Origin: Eledone cirrhosa | Lineage: Eukaryota | NCBI GenBank assembly: GCA_964016885.1 | Contig: OZ024762.1 | Location: 16,926,001 to 16,990,000, forward strand | DNA: 64,000 nucleotides | Direction of reading: 5' to 3' | Part shown: piece after piece, positions 24,576 to 38,315 of the stretch | Layout of the letters: every line of letters starts with the position of its first letter | How positions within the stretch are numbered: the stretch's first letter is position 1 | Notes under the pieces: generated by a model | What the model saw: only the letters and a program-made list of their open reading frames with translations | What the model was told of the DNA's origin: nothing | The model's database searches: none | Made by a program: the position numbers and the translations under genes

Positions 24576-24761
24576 GATTTAATTCGACTTTCTTCCTCTC
24601 CACCCCCAAAAACATTGCTAGTCTTGTGTATATAGTAGACGTCGTTATTATTATTATTAGATATGTGATGAATATTGGATGCTGGAATAATGGGAAAAAC
24701 ATCATTTAGCGTAATTTTAGTGTCAGGAAAATATCTAAACCTCACACAAATCCATATTTAC

Positions 24762-24796
<35 letters not shown>

Positions 24797-25019
24797 CATA
24801 CATATATATATAGATAGATATATTTCGCTTCTGAATTTGGTTAGCAACATGACCCTCCCAAAGTATAACAATATATATATATAGTCCAGAATTAGCCGTC
24901 GAAACGGCTTGAGCTCAGCCGTCGGGGTCTTACTTGTTCCTATTACCCACTCTACTACTTTAAGTATTGAGTACTTTGGTGCGTTATGGTCCACCTGGTT
25001 CCTTACCACATTTCCTTCG

Positions 25020-25068
<49 letters not shown>

Positions 25069-25363
25069 GTGTATTAATATAAGGGTTCTTTGCCCGATGG
25101 TTAAGCTTATACCGTTTCTCTAGCAAATGTCTGTGAATTGTATATATATACAATTGAGATACAACCGGTACTGGCATTGATAAATGTGCTGGGTCCGTCA
25201 ACCCTTATTATATATATATATGAATGTTTGCATGTGTATGTATATATATATGTGTGTATGTGTGTGTAGAAAGAGAGAGATAGAGAACGATATACATGTA
25301 TATATGTACGTGCGAGTATATTATAAAGATATGTGTATACATAAAGATATAGAGATGTGCACT

Positions 25364-25446
<83 letters not shown>

Positions 25447-25572
25447 GATATCCAAAGAAACTTAATGAAAGAATGTATGAGTCGGAGGCGAGGGGGGGAT
25501 ATAGACAAACAAAAAAGAAATCAAAAACGGAAAACAACTTAAAATAGAAATATCAAATTTTAAGGTGCTCAC

Positions 25573-25949
25573 CCCATCCGAAAATATAATAGGTTGAGCA
25601 GAGGTGGTGCTAACTTCCTGGACAGCGATGTCCTCTTTGATTTCGTCGCTCATTGATGACGGTGTCGTCGCGTTGGAACCGCTTCCAGGGGTGTCCGGAG
25701 TTTTTTTATCGCTAGCTTGGGGTACATGTCTTCTCCGGCGAGAATTATCCCCGAATTGGAGAGATTTGTTCTCATCACAATCGTCAACAACATTAAACAT
25801 GGAAGTTTTCACACGGGGTTTCACTGGACTGGACGTCGGCATAAAAAACATCGGCTCCGAGGTGCCATTTTTGGAGGGTGTCCCAGCCATGTTGCGATAT
25901 TTCCAAATACACCGAAGCCTATTGTTGATGAAATTATCACAATCGTAAA
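25573..25949 (-). CDS. Host gene exon, probably the first coding exon (ATG at 25890); Ser/Thr/Pro-rich N-terminus MAGTPSKNG...QPIIFSDG; protein not identified
   Basis: Non-repetitive, higher-GC island; acceptor CCCTCACCTTTTTTAG (AG at 25951-25950); donor GGG|GTGAGC (GT at 25572-25571); open frame; AACATGG start context. Confidence 0.7.
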
Positions 25950-26336
25950 CTAAAAAAGGTGAGGGAATTTCAGCAGGTTAAAATAATAATAATAATAATA
26001 AATATTTCAACGGGGAAAATTTATTATTATATTATTATTAATAATAATAATGGTGCGATGTGGAATGAAAGAAAGTTTTTGATAAGATGCTTCTGTCTAT
26101 TTTTCGGTTCGTTAAGGACGATGTGCCGGGACGTAGAGTTTAAATAGCCAACCCTCAGTAGTGGCAATGGTGGAAGTGGTGTTGGTAGTAGAATCTGTAG
26201 TAGTAGTAGTAGTAGTAGAAGAAATGGTAAAGGGTAGGAGCTAGTAGTTTAGTTAGGGTAGTAGTATTAGTACAGTGCACCTGTAGCAGTCCCGATGACA
26301 GCAGCCACACAGCTTAGCTTAGACGTTTGTACAAAC

Positions 26337-26370
<34 letters not shown>

Positions 26371-26389
26371 GTGTGTGTGTATATATATA

Positions 26390-26420
<31 letters not shown>

Positions 26421-26445
26421 GAGTGTATATATATATATATATAGA

Positions 26446-26483
<38 letters not shown>

Positions 26484-26534
26484 ACTAAGACTGTCTAGAC
26501 CCTCTCAGGGTGTCTAGTAGTTGGACCAGTTTAA

Positions 26535-26562
26535 ATACTATCTCTCTCTCTCTTTTGCTCTC

Positions 26563-26623
<61 letters not shown>

Positions 26624-26646
26624 GTGTGTGAGTGTATATATGTATG

Positions 26647-26677
<31 letters not shown>

Positions 26678-26750
26678 ATATATTTGTGTGTGTAAACAAG
26701 GAGATGGCTTTTTCTTTCTTAAATGCTATCTCTATCTCTCTCTTTTGCTC

Positions 26751-26810
<60 letters not shown>

Positions 26811-26910
26811 AGTGTATATATGTGTGTGTGTATATATATGTATATATATATATATATATATATGTGTGTATATATTTGTGTGTGTAAACAAGGAGATGGC
26901 TTTTTCTTTC
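26535..26910. repeat. Two-copy tandem duplication (~190 bp) of a microsatellite-rich unit
   Basis: CTCTTTTGCTCT...TGTAAACAAGGAGATGGCTTTTT occurs twice. Confidence 0.75.
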
Positions 26911-26996
26911 GTGATATACGTTTAATATCTTCGGAGTAAAGAAAAAACAGGGATAATTCTATCGTCTTATAAACCAATATTCTCAGAGAATAAGCA

Positions 26997-27058
<62 letters not shown>

Positions 27059-27186
27059 ATATATATATGTTTATGTGTGTGTGTGTATATATATATGTTT
27101 ATGTGTGTGTGTGTGTGTATATATAATATGGACGAGGTGTCAAATTTTCATTATGTTTATTATGTATACCTATATATTATGTATAC

Positions 27187-27239
<53 letters not shown>

Positions 27240-27240
27240 C

Positions 27241-27363
<123 letters not shown>

Positions 27364-27403
27364 CCTCTGTCTCTCTCTCTCTATCTCTCTATATATATAT
27401 GCC

Positions 27404-27448
<45 letters not shown>

Positions 27449-27629
27449 ATATATATGCCTCTGTCTCTCTCTATCTCTATCTCTATATATATATATGCCT
27501 CTGTCTCTCCTCTCGCTCTCTCTCTCTCTATATATATATGTATAGTGTAGGTGAATCAGTGAATTACTGGTAGTGGAACCCCCCCCCCCCCCAAAAAAAA
27601 AGAAAGAAGTACTCTATGCACAGGCAGAG

Positions 27630-27678
<49 letters not shown>

Positions 27679-28145
27679 TAGGTAGTTCCGAAGGAAAAGC
27701 AAAGAAAAAAAGAGTGCTCTATGTAATAAACAGAGCTATTTAATTATATATATATATATGAAAGAGAGAGAGAGAGAGAGGTGTGTGTGTATTTATATCT
27801 ATCAATCTCATCCACCAAGATGCAATAATATGCAGAAGAGGTGGATGCAAGGAAATGGCGGGGTGTGGTGTTGAAACTACAGTTAGCAAAGGTGTGGTGT
27901 ACAAGACAAACTTAATGTATGAATGAACGTTAAACGGCTTACGACAAAATCTCCATGTGATTATTACATTGAAGACAGGACAAACTTGTACCTACTGCCT
28001 CTTCCTTCTCTCTTTCTTTCTTTCGCACATTCACACACACATACACACATTAACACACACACACACACACATTAGATATATATATATATATATATACACG
28101 CGCAAACTCTTTCTTTCATACATTCACAGACACATACACACATTA

Positions 28146-28195
<50 letters not shown>

Positions 28196-28239
28196 GCGCA
28201 AACTCTTTCTTTCATACATTCACATACACACACACATTA

Positions 28240-28288
<49 letters not shown>

Positions 28289-28614
28289 CACGCAAACTCT
28301 TTCTTTCATACATTCACATACACACATTAACACACACACACATATATATATACACACGCGCAAACTCTTTCTTTCATACATTCACATACACACACACACA
28401 TATATATATATATACATACACACACATGTACACACAGACAGAAACACACATGTACACACACACATGCATACACACAGACAGAAACACACATGTATACACA
28501 CACATGTACACACATGTACACACAGACAGAAACACACATGTACACACACAGAAAAACATGCACACATGCATACACAGAAACACAAACACACACACACACA
28601 TGTACACACACATT

Positions 28615-29020
28615 CCCTCTCTCTCTCCTGTTCTACCTTTTTGTTGGTACCTTGCGGTCTTTCTTTCATTCACACATGCACACGTCCCTCCACACTCACT
28701 CCCTCTCTCTCTGACTCTCTCTCTCTCCTGTTCTACCTTTTTGTTGGTACCTTGCGGTCTTTCTTTCATTCACACATGCACACGTCCCCCCCACACTCCC
28801 CCTCTCTCTCTCTCCTGTTCTACCTTTTTGTTGGTACCTTGCGGTCTTTCTTTCATTCACACATGCACACGTCCCCCCCACACTCCCCCTCTCTCTCTCT
28901 CCTGTTCTATCTTTTTGTTGGTACCTTGCGGTCTTTCTTTCATTCACACATGCACACGTCCCCCCCCCACACTCCCTCTCTCTCTGACTCTCTCTTATCT
29001 CGTTCTACCTTTTTGGTACT
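28615..29020. repeat. 87-bp tandem repeat, ~4.5 copies
   Basis: GTACCTTGCGG at 28747, 28834 and 28921. Confidence 0.85.
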
Positions 29021-30345
29021 TTTCAATCTTTCACACACACTCTCACACTCACACACTCACACACTCTCACACTCACACACACACACACACACACTCTCTC
29101 ACACACACATACACTCTCACACACAAGCACTCTCTCTTTCTCTCATTCTACCTTTTTATTGGTCTTTCCATTTCTTCATTTCTTTCTTTCTCTCTTTCAC
29201 AGACACACACACACACACTCTCTCTCTCTTTCACATACACACTCACTCTCATACACATATACACTCCCCCCCCTCACCCCGCACACTCTCTCTCTATCTC
29301 TCTCTCTCTCTCTCTCTCTACCTTTACGTTGGTACATCTCTCGATCTGTCACTTTCTCTAATTCGGTTCTTCCTTCTTTCCTTCTTTACCCCCCCCCCCT
29401 TCATCACACTCTCTCTCTCTCATTCTTTTTCGTTCTCTCCTTCACTTTCCTTTTCTCTTCTCATTTTGCTAAGCCACTCCTCCACCCTCTCACGCTATCT
29501 CCCTTGCTGTCACTCCCCCCTACATGTATGTATGTGTGTATGTATTTATATATATATATGTATGTGTGTATGTATTTATATGTATGTGTGTGTATGTATT
29601 TATATATATGTATGTATGTGTGTATGTATTTATATATATGTGTATGTACGTGTGAATGTATTTATATATATATATGTATGTGTAAGTATTTATATGTATG
29701 TGTGTGTATGTATTTATATATATGTATGTATGTGTGTATGTATTTATATATATGTGTATGTACGTGTGAATGTATTTATATATATATATGTATGTGTGTA
29801 AGTATTTATATGTATGTGTGTGTATGTATTTATATATATGTATGTATGTGTGTATGTATTTATATATGTGTATGTACGTGTGAATGTATTTATATATATA
29901 TATGTATGTGTGTATGTATTTATATGTATATGTATTTATATGTGTGTATGCATCTATGTATATGTATTTATATAAATAGATATATACATACACACCACAC
30001 ATCAATGGAGGTGTTGAAAGATCAAAGGAAAGAAGTGTGAACACACACACACACACACATTCTTACAAACACACATATACACATTCACAATTTTTTATTC
30101 ATTCAAATCACCACAGTTCTATCTCTCGTTCCTTACACGCACACACAACAATAACACACACACACACATACACACACACACACATATATATATGGTTCAT
30201 TGATTACTCAATTAATATAGTTTTACAATAGATTAAAAGCACTCTACAAGAAAGTTTTCTGGAGTTATTAATATTATTCAAAATATTAATAAATGAAGAC
30301 ATTCACATAATCAAAATATATGTTTTATTATATACATTTCGAAGG

Positions 30346-30416
30346 TATATTTTATCTGACGAGGACGTACTGAAAAAACAGCACAGTACCTTCGAAATAT
30401 ATATAATAAAACATAT
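30346..30416 (+). ncRNA. Type-I hammerhead ribozyme motif, C-C mismatch family, copy 1
   Basis: TATATTTTAT-CTGACGA-GGACGTACTG..loop..CAGTACCTTC-GAAA-TATATA-TA-ATAAAACATA. Confidence 0.7.
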
Positions 30417-30590
30417 AATATATATATATATATATATTGTCAAAAAAAAGATGGTGAAGGACAGAACAAAGGAGAGACAAAATAAAAACCTAGTCACTGA
30501 GGAGGTCACAGAATGAGTGACGAAAGAGCTTGGACAATATATAAATAACCTTCCAGTTATCGAACCAACCAACCATATACATATATAGAG

Positions 30591-30626
<36 letters not shown>

Positions 30627-30863
30627 TATATATATATATATACACATATATATATGTATATATATATATACACATATATATATATATGTATATATATACA
30701 CATATATATATATGTATATATATATATACACACACATATATATATATATATATATACACATATATATATATGTATATATATATATACACACACATATATA
30801 TATGTATATATATATATACACACACATATATATATGTATATACACATATATATATATATATAT

Positions 30864-30977
<114 letters not shown>

Positions 30978-31103
30978 GTATATATATATATATATATTTA
31001 TGTATATATATATATATATTTATGTATATATATATATTTATGTATATATATATATATTTATGTATATATATATATTTATGTATATATATATATATATATT
31101 TAT

Positions 31104-31143
<40 letters not shown>

Positions 31144-31147
31144 TTAT

Positions 31148-31187
<40 letters not shown>

Positions 31188-31359
31188 TTATGTATATATA
31201 TATATATATATATGTATGACCAAAGATTAGTATGGTTCGTTGATTAGTCAACGAATACAATTTTACAATAGATTAGAAGCAATCAACAGTCAGTTTTCCT
31301 GGATTTTTTAATATTATTCGAAATGTTAACAGATGAAAAATATTCTCATAATCAAAATG

Positions 31360-31429
31360 TATACTTTATTATATATATTTCAGAGGTACTGTGTTGTTTT
31401 TTCAGTACGTCCTCATCAGACAAAATATA
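31360..31429 (-). ncRNA. Type-I hammerhead ribozyme motif, copy 2
   Basis: Minus strand TATATTTTGT-CTGATGA-GGACGTACTG..CAGTACCTCT-GAAA-TATATA-TA-ATAAAGTATA; 10-bp stem I including two G-U pairs. Confidence 0.75.
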
Positions 31430-31504
31430 TGATTTGATATATGACATACCGCTACGGTCTTGATTATACAATTCCAGTATATCTAATATTTCTACAGTTA
31501 AAAA

Positions 31505-31688
31505 CTGTTTCTACTTTTGGCACAAGGCCAGCAATAACCCAGTGTATTACTGGTACTTTATTTTATCGACCCCATAAGGATGAAAGGCAAAGTTAACCTC
31601 GGCGGGATTTGAACTCAGAATGGCAAGGGCCGTAACTCTATGCGTCAAAGCATGGCGTCCGACCCTCTGCCGATACTGGCAATCCACT
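31505..31688 (-). mobile_element. SINE family B
   Basis: Reverse complement of the family at 43490-43678. Confidence 0.85.
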
Positions 31689-31871
31689 GCAGTTAATAAT
31701 AATAGTTTATGGTTTAGGCAAAAAGACCAACAATTTAGAATATTACTGGTACTTTATTTATCAACCTAATAACTAATACTTTCTAACTTACATATATATA
31801 TATATATGTATATGTGTGTGTGTGTATGTGTATTATACACGTGCATATATATATATATATGTGTATGTATA

Positions 31872-33186
31872 CGAGGTGTGTCAGAAAGATTCCAAGACTG
31901 ATGTCACAAAAGATTTATTTCAAACCCAAACTTCACACTAAGAGTTTTCTCCTTCAAAGTAATCCCCCTGGAGTGTGTAACTGTAATCTTAGCTCTCTGT
32001 AGCGATCAAACATTTTTCTTCATAATTTTATATACATGTCATTTATATGATGCCTGTGTGAGGAGCGCGATGCTGCATGGTAGTGAGACATGGGCAGCAA
32101 CTGCGGAGGATATGCGACGGCTGGAGAGAAATGAGGCAAGCATGCTCCGTCGGATGTGCAGTGTCAATGTGCGTGAACGACCCAGCATGAATGTGTTGAG
32201 AGAGAAACTGTGTCTGAGAGCGATAGAAGACTGAAGTGGTATGGACATGTGATGCGCATGGAGGTTGACCGATGAGTGAAGAAGTGCCAGATGAAGGAAG
32301 ACGTGGTAGAGGTAGACCACGAAATACATGGGCGGAGGTGGTGAGAACAGACCTCAGATCACTGAAGCTCACTGTGGAGATGACGAAGGACCGTGACAAG
32401 TGTAGAGATGCTGTGCTAAATAAGACCCACCCACCCTTGCAAGCATGGAAAAGCGGACGTAAAATGATGATGATGATGATGATGATGTCCTCTGTTTCAA
32501 GTCGTCAAGCGATGAGCACAGAGCAACGAACAAACTTGAAAACTCCGTCAGAAGCACTGGGATTGCTGCAGCAAGTGTATGGAGATGAGACGATGTCACG
32601 TTCACGTGTTTTTGAGTGGTGCAAGATGACCCCAGGAGCGGAAGGCCCTCAACAACCAGGACTGAGGTCAACGTTGAGCGCGTCAGGCAGATGGTGCGTA
32701 GCGATCGTCGGCTGACCGTTCGACTGATGGCAAATGAGCTGGGCATGAATCAGGACAGCGTCTGGAAGATTCTCACTGAAGATTTGGACATGCGAAAAGT
32801 CTGAGCGAAGATGGTGCCAAAACTGCTGAACGATGACCAGAAGGGTCGACCTATGCAAGTGTGCCAGGACATCCTCGAGCATTCTTGAAACCGAACCAGA
32901 CTTGCTAGGGACAGTCATCATCGGTGATGAGTCATGGATCTTCGAGTACGACCCGGAGGGGACCCGTTTTGAAGACGTGGACGACATCAAAAAGGCTGTG
33001 ACGACGGAACTGCGGAGGATCCCGGAAGAATTCTTCCAGGAGTGCATGCAAGCGTGGCAGAAAAGGGTGGAAAAGTGCATTAGACTCCAGGGGGATTACT
33101 TTGAAGGAGAAAACTCTTAGTGTGAAGTTTGGGTTTGAAATAAATCTTTTGTGACATCAGTCCTGGAACTTTTCTGACACACCTCG
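31872..33186 (+). mobile_element. Internally deleted mariner transposon with ~103-bp TIRs and TA target duplication
   Basis: TA|CGAGGTGTGTCAGAAA ... TTTCTGACACACCTCG|TA; transposase fragments DDPRSGRPST, DRRLTVR, MVPKLL, GDESWIFEYDPE, KCIRLQGDYFEG. Confidence 0.93.
32040..32487 (+). mobile_element. RTE 3' fragment nested in the mariner
   Basis: LYDACVRSAMLHGSETW...RGRGRPRNTW...(GAT)n; ATGTC on both flanks. Confidence 0.88.
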
Positions 33187-33234
<48 letters not shown>

Positions 33235-33236
33235 TC

Positions 33237-33959
33237 ATAGGCAGGGACTACCCTGCATCACTAATTGACAATGGAATCCAACGTGCCCTAAAACTCAGTA
33301 CCCAGGACCTTAGACACCCTAAAGTAAATCAACCGAAACTAAAAGCTCTTCCATACATCTCCACACACAACCCCCTCAACAATGAGGCCTTTGACACCAT
33401 CCTCCAGAACATCCCTGTGTTAAAAAAGGACCATAGAATGAACCAAATCCTTCGAACACACGATATCATAAAGAGCAAAAGACAATCTAAGTCAATGAAA
33501 AACATCCTAACACATGCCAAAGTACTGCCAACCACAACAACGAAACCCACAGTAAAAAAATGCGACAGACCCAACTGTGGCATATGCATCAACCTAATAG
33601 AGGGTTCGGAATTCTATTTCAAAGAAGGACAACGTTTTATTGTAAAACACAATTTCACATGCGCATCAGAAAATCTAATATATGTATTAACTTGCTCAGG
33701 TTGTCGAGAACAATACATAGGCCAGACCAAAAACAGCCTCCGCCAACGCATGACTGTCCATAGATCCCAAATTAAAATACGGGAATACAGGAAAATACCA
33801 CTGAGTGAACACATTGATACCTGTGCCGCCCAAAATCATCCCAACTTTAGAATCTTTCCCCTTTACAAATTTAAAGATAATGCCACCCACACCCAGCGCA
33901 TCAGCAAGGAATCTCACTTTATTAACAAATACGGACCCCGTCTAAACACTTCTTCCTAA
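33237..33959 (+). CDS. Penelope-like element ORF C-terminus: Cys linker plus GIY-YIG endonuclease (5' truncated)
   Basis: LPYISTHNP, KKCDRPNCGIC, NLIYVLTCSGCREQYIGQT..LRQRMTVHRSQI, E..FI.KY.P.LN. Confidence 0.9.
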   Translation: MGRDYPASLIDNGIQRALKLSTQDLRHPKVNQPKLKALPYISTHNPLNNEAFDTILQNIPVLKKDHRMNQILRTHDIIKSKRQSKSMKNILTHAKVLPTTTTKPTVKKCDRPNCGICINLIEGSEFYFKEGQRFIVKHNFTCASENLIYVLTCSGCREQYIGQTKNSLRQRMTVHRSQIKIREYRKIPLSEHIDTCAAQNHPNFRIFPLYKFKDNATHTQRISKESHFINKYGPRLNTSS

Positions 33960-34590
33960 GACGAACCCACAACATACACACGTCAACATACATACCTACA
34001 TCAGCATACATCCTACATACATCTCTATCCACATATAAACACAATGACATACGTAAACACACATGTTCTATGGTGCAACACAAATATACACAAATTTGCA
34101 TACCTTTTGATGTCTATAGATATAAACTTGCCGACACACACACATACATATACGCACACATGCATTGCACACTGATGGGCACATACATATTTGTACACAA
34201 GTATTCCAATACGGCAAGGCCTAATGGATTCCCCTTGCAGTACGTACAATCTGGACACTCACACACACCTAGGTATTATGACAATACTATATATCATTTC
34301 ACACCTTTTATTATTAAGGTTTTTGATGTTCTCTTGAGAGAATCGTTTTTGCTGAAAATATCGAATAATGTACACTATTTTTACCAGTATCACAAAAATA
34401 CTGGTCCACCCACACACCCACACATACACACACAGACACACATATACACACACACATACACTAACATACAAAGAGACATATACACACTTCTCCGTATAAG
34501 ACAAGAGCTGAAAAATATCTTTCAACATGTTAAAATACCCCCCACACACGTACAGACACATTCCTACTGACCATGAATTACTCTGCTACA

Positions 34591-34631
<41 letters not shown>

Positions 34632-35190
34632 TTGTCTTAATAGGCACCTGAACTGTTGACCTTTCAACATGACTGCAATTCACACACACATCCCTACTGA
34701 CCATTATCACAACAATGAACCTATTTACACACATATTTGCCTTAAAAGACTTATTTTTCAGTGACTTCTCAATCAGGCGAAAAAGGACACTCTTCGACAA
34801 ACCTTCATTTGGCGCAAAATCAATTTTTAACATTCACGTGACCTCTACCGACCAATCAAAATTATTTTGACTACAATAATTTTTGCAACACAAATTGGCG
34901 CGAAACTTATAGTACTCATTCACGTGACATTCAACAACCAACCAAATTTTAATACCTCTGGAGCCACTTTTTTCACATAAAACAGGTAGAATTTCGAAAA
35001 CTGATCAGAATAGAGCAAACATCACGGGCGCTCTTTCTCAAAATTATTTTTGAAAAGCATTAGAAATGCGCAACCGGTAAAAACTTAAAACTAAATACTA
35101 ACCAATACTTATTACTAATTTTTTACTTATTCCTAATTAAACTATTTTTCACTGGGAACAATTTGTCAGCATTTTCTTTTCCTTTTACTA
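33960..35190 (+). mobile_element. Probable PLE 3' UTR / pseudo-LTR with a degenerate hammerhead at ~35046-35083
   Basis: Contiguous with the GIY-YIG ORF; TTTT-TGAAAA-GCAT.TAGAA.ATGC-GCAA-CCGG-TA-AAAA follows hammerhead geometry with core mutations. Confidence 0.5.
34808..34946 (+). promoter_or_regulatory. Duplicated E2F-like site, E-box and CCAAT-like module
   Basis: TTTGGCGCAAAA..TCACGTGAC..CCAATC and TTGGCGCGAAA..TCACGTGAC..CCAACC with similar spacing. Confidence 0.4.
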
Positions 35191-35207
35191 ATATATATAT
35201 ATATATA

Positions 35208-35459
35208 TCATCATCATCATCTTCGTTTAATGTCCATCTTCCGTGCTAGCATGGGTTAGACGGGAGTTGTCCCACTTGAGGCAAGGTTGGTCGGGTGACC
35301 GTGTCTCGCTCATATAGGACTATCTGGCAGGTTTTCTATTAGGTAGTCCTATATGAGCGAGACATGGTCTCCCAACCAACCTTGCCTCAAGTGGGACAAC
35401 TCCCGTCTAACCCATGCTAGCGTGGAAGATGGACGTTAAACGAAGATGATGATGATGAT
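35208..35459. repeat. Hairpin made of two inverted SINE-tail copies (~118-bp arms, 15-nt loop)
   Basis: 35208-35325 versus 35341-35459, near-perfect reverse complement. Confidence 0.88.
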
Positions 35460-35602
35460 ATATATATATATATATATTGGAAAATGTGTGAGATCCTTGG
35501 TACAGCTAGATATATTTGAAAAAAAAGGAAAAGAATGACTTCACTTGTAGCGTTAAAAATTTTTTAATTTAATTTTATATTATATTATGAGTTGGTAGAT
35601 CC

Positions 35603-35633
<31 letters not shown>

Positions 35634-36224
35634 TCTACTTTTGGCACAAGGCCAGCAATTATGTCAGTGTATTACTGGTACTTTATTTTATCGACCCCGT
35701 AAGGATGAAAGGCAAAGTTAACCCCCTCTCTCTGTTGTGTCTGTCTCTCTCTCTTTCTGTTATGTCTGTCTCCCTCCCTCTCTCTCTGTTGTCTCACTCT
35801 CTCTCTCTCACTGACACAAACACACACATGCTGACACACACACATACACACTGACACACATACACAGAGTCTCTCTGACATACACACACACACACATTCA
35901 GACATGTTAACACACACATACACACTGACACACGCACACACAGTCTCTCTGACACATACAGACATGCTGACACACATACACACTAACACACACACACAGT
36001 CTCTCTGACACACACACAGACAGGTATGTGTGTGGTTAATTAGCAGGAGGTACACCAGAAGCATGAAGTAGAATATTGAGTCAAAGGTAATGATGGGGTG
36101 CGGTGGGGTGGTGTGGTGTGGAGAGGGGTGGTGTAGTAAAGTGGGGTAGTGAAGTGTAGTGGAGCTATATATATATATATTATATATATATATATATTAT
36201 AACAATATGACCCTCCCCAAATAT

Positions 36225-36290
<66 letters not shown>

Positions 36291-37132
36291 TGGCTGCCAA
36301 CTCGTTTTCGAGTACGGCCACTATTTTATATCCATGTAGGAGAACCCCTACCGATGCGCTGAACGAGTGTGACTTTTTAGTCCAGCCAGCGACTTGAAAA
36401 CTCTGGTACAAACACTACACTTGTGACAATTATTGACACACAGTGCTGGGCCCATGGTACCATGTGACGACAAGTGCAGAGAGATCTCCAGATATAAAGC
36501 AATGTCTGTGCCGTGAAGCTTTTATAGTGAGCAAAGGCACTGCACAAAGCCAGTCCTACTCTCTTAACCAAGATGATATTTACCAAAAAGAAGAACAAGT
36601 CAACATCATTGGATACCATCAGGGTTGCAGGTGTTATATCAGGGTTTTCCTTCTCCTAGAATTCTGCCTTGACAAAGGCTAAGGGGTCATCTCTATATAT
36701 ATATATACACACACATATATAGGGTATCCTAAAAATGTGTGCACACCTCAACAGCATTATATATATATATTTAGGAGAGATGCTCACCATTTTAGAAGGC
36801 TGCGTTGTTTTTATGATTTAGAGGGGAGTTCGTTTCCCTAGCTTCGCTGGTAGAACATCTCTTCTAATTGTTAAGGTGTAGGTACACAATTAAGCAAATA
36901 AAAAACATACCTCGAGATTATATATATATATGAGTATTTTAATCAGAGCAATTAACAAAATAGGCTATCATATCAGTTGTTCCTAGGATGGTAATTGGTA
37001 ATTATCTTTAATTGTCGGTCTTCAATTATCCAGTGACCGCATGGTGTCCTATCGCTGTTCCGCCATCGTGAAACGCGTCCGATCACCTCTAAAGTCAAAG
37101 CTAGGTGGCGTGATCTTCTACATATATATATA

Positions 37133-37667
37133 TCATCATCATCATCATCATCGTTTAACGTCCATGTTCCACGCTCGCATGGGTTTGGACGGGAGTTTTC
37201 CCACTTGAGGCAAAAGTGGTTGTGTTGCTCGCATAGGACTGTCTGGCGGGTTTTCTACAGCTGGATGCCCTTCCTAACACCAACCACATTTACAGTGTGG
37301 GGCTGGGAGGTTTTTACCGTGTTGCCTACATGGCCACATATCATCATTTCATTTTACGTCCCCTTTTCCCTGCTTGCAAGGGTGGGACGGGAACTGATGC
37401 TGGCTTGATTTCTACAGCTGGATGCCCTTCCTAACACCAACCTCATTTACAGTGAGTGCTGGGTGCTTTTTTGCCGTGGCACCTCCACGACCACTTTGCA
37501 GTGGAATGATAGGGACCCCAGTCCCTATCATCTCATTTCTACAGCTGAGTAAACTGGAGCAATGTGAAATAAAGTGTCTTGCTCAAGGAAACAACACATC
37601 ACCCGGTCTGAGAATTGAACTCACAACCTTTCGATTGCAAGGCCAAAGCTCTAACCACTAAGCCATG
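37133..37667 (-). mobile_element. Two adjacent SINE family A-related copies
   Basis: Two central domains and tails; tRNA-like head at ~37600-37667. Confidence 0.8.
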
Positions 37668-37962
37668 TATATATATATTTATATAGAAATATGCAGAGGT
37701 TGTATTTAATTTGTTGGGATTCAACAAGCTTAAAAATTTTATAACTGATATAAAGCACTCAACATTACATATCATCTTCTTCCAACAGTTTAATTTAAAT
37801 AAACCGTTATCTTTTCAACCTTTTGGACACTCATTTGCATACTCACTCATAACATTGTATTACCCTCAATAAATGTAATATCTCCACTATCCAGGAAGCT
37901 CCAACCGTTAAGGTTGTCTTTTTTTTCCGGGTATGTCAATATTTATTTATAAACCAAATCTG

Positions 37963-38026
37963 TATTTTATCTGATGAAAGCGCACCATAATTTACCTTGG
38001 TTGCCCTTGAAATGTATAATAAAATA
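37963..38026 (+). ncRNA. Type-I hammerhead ribozyme motif, copy 3 (divergent)
   Basis: TATTTTAT-CTGATGA-AAG.C.GCA.CCA..TGG.T.TGC.C.CTT-GAAA-TGTA-TA-ATAAAATA. Confidence 0.7.
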
Positions 38027-38065
38027 ATATGGTTTTATAAATATAGTTTCCATTTATTAATATAT

Positions 38066-38126
<61 letters not shown>

Positions 38127-38202
38127 TTTCTCTCTCTCTAATTCTTCAATTCTGTCCATTCTGAAAATGGTAGCAACTCCCAGACAATTGTTGCAAAACA
38201 TC

Positions 38203-38254
38203 TGTAGTAGTAGTAGTAGTAGTAGTGGTGGTGCTAGTAGTAGTAGTAATAGTA

Positions 38255-38315
<61 letters not shown>

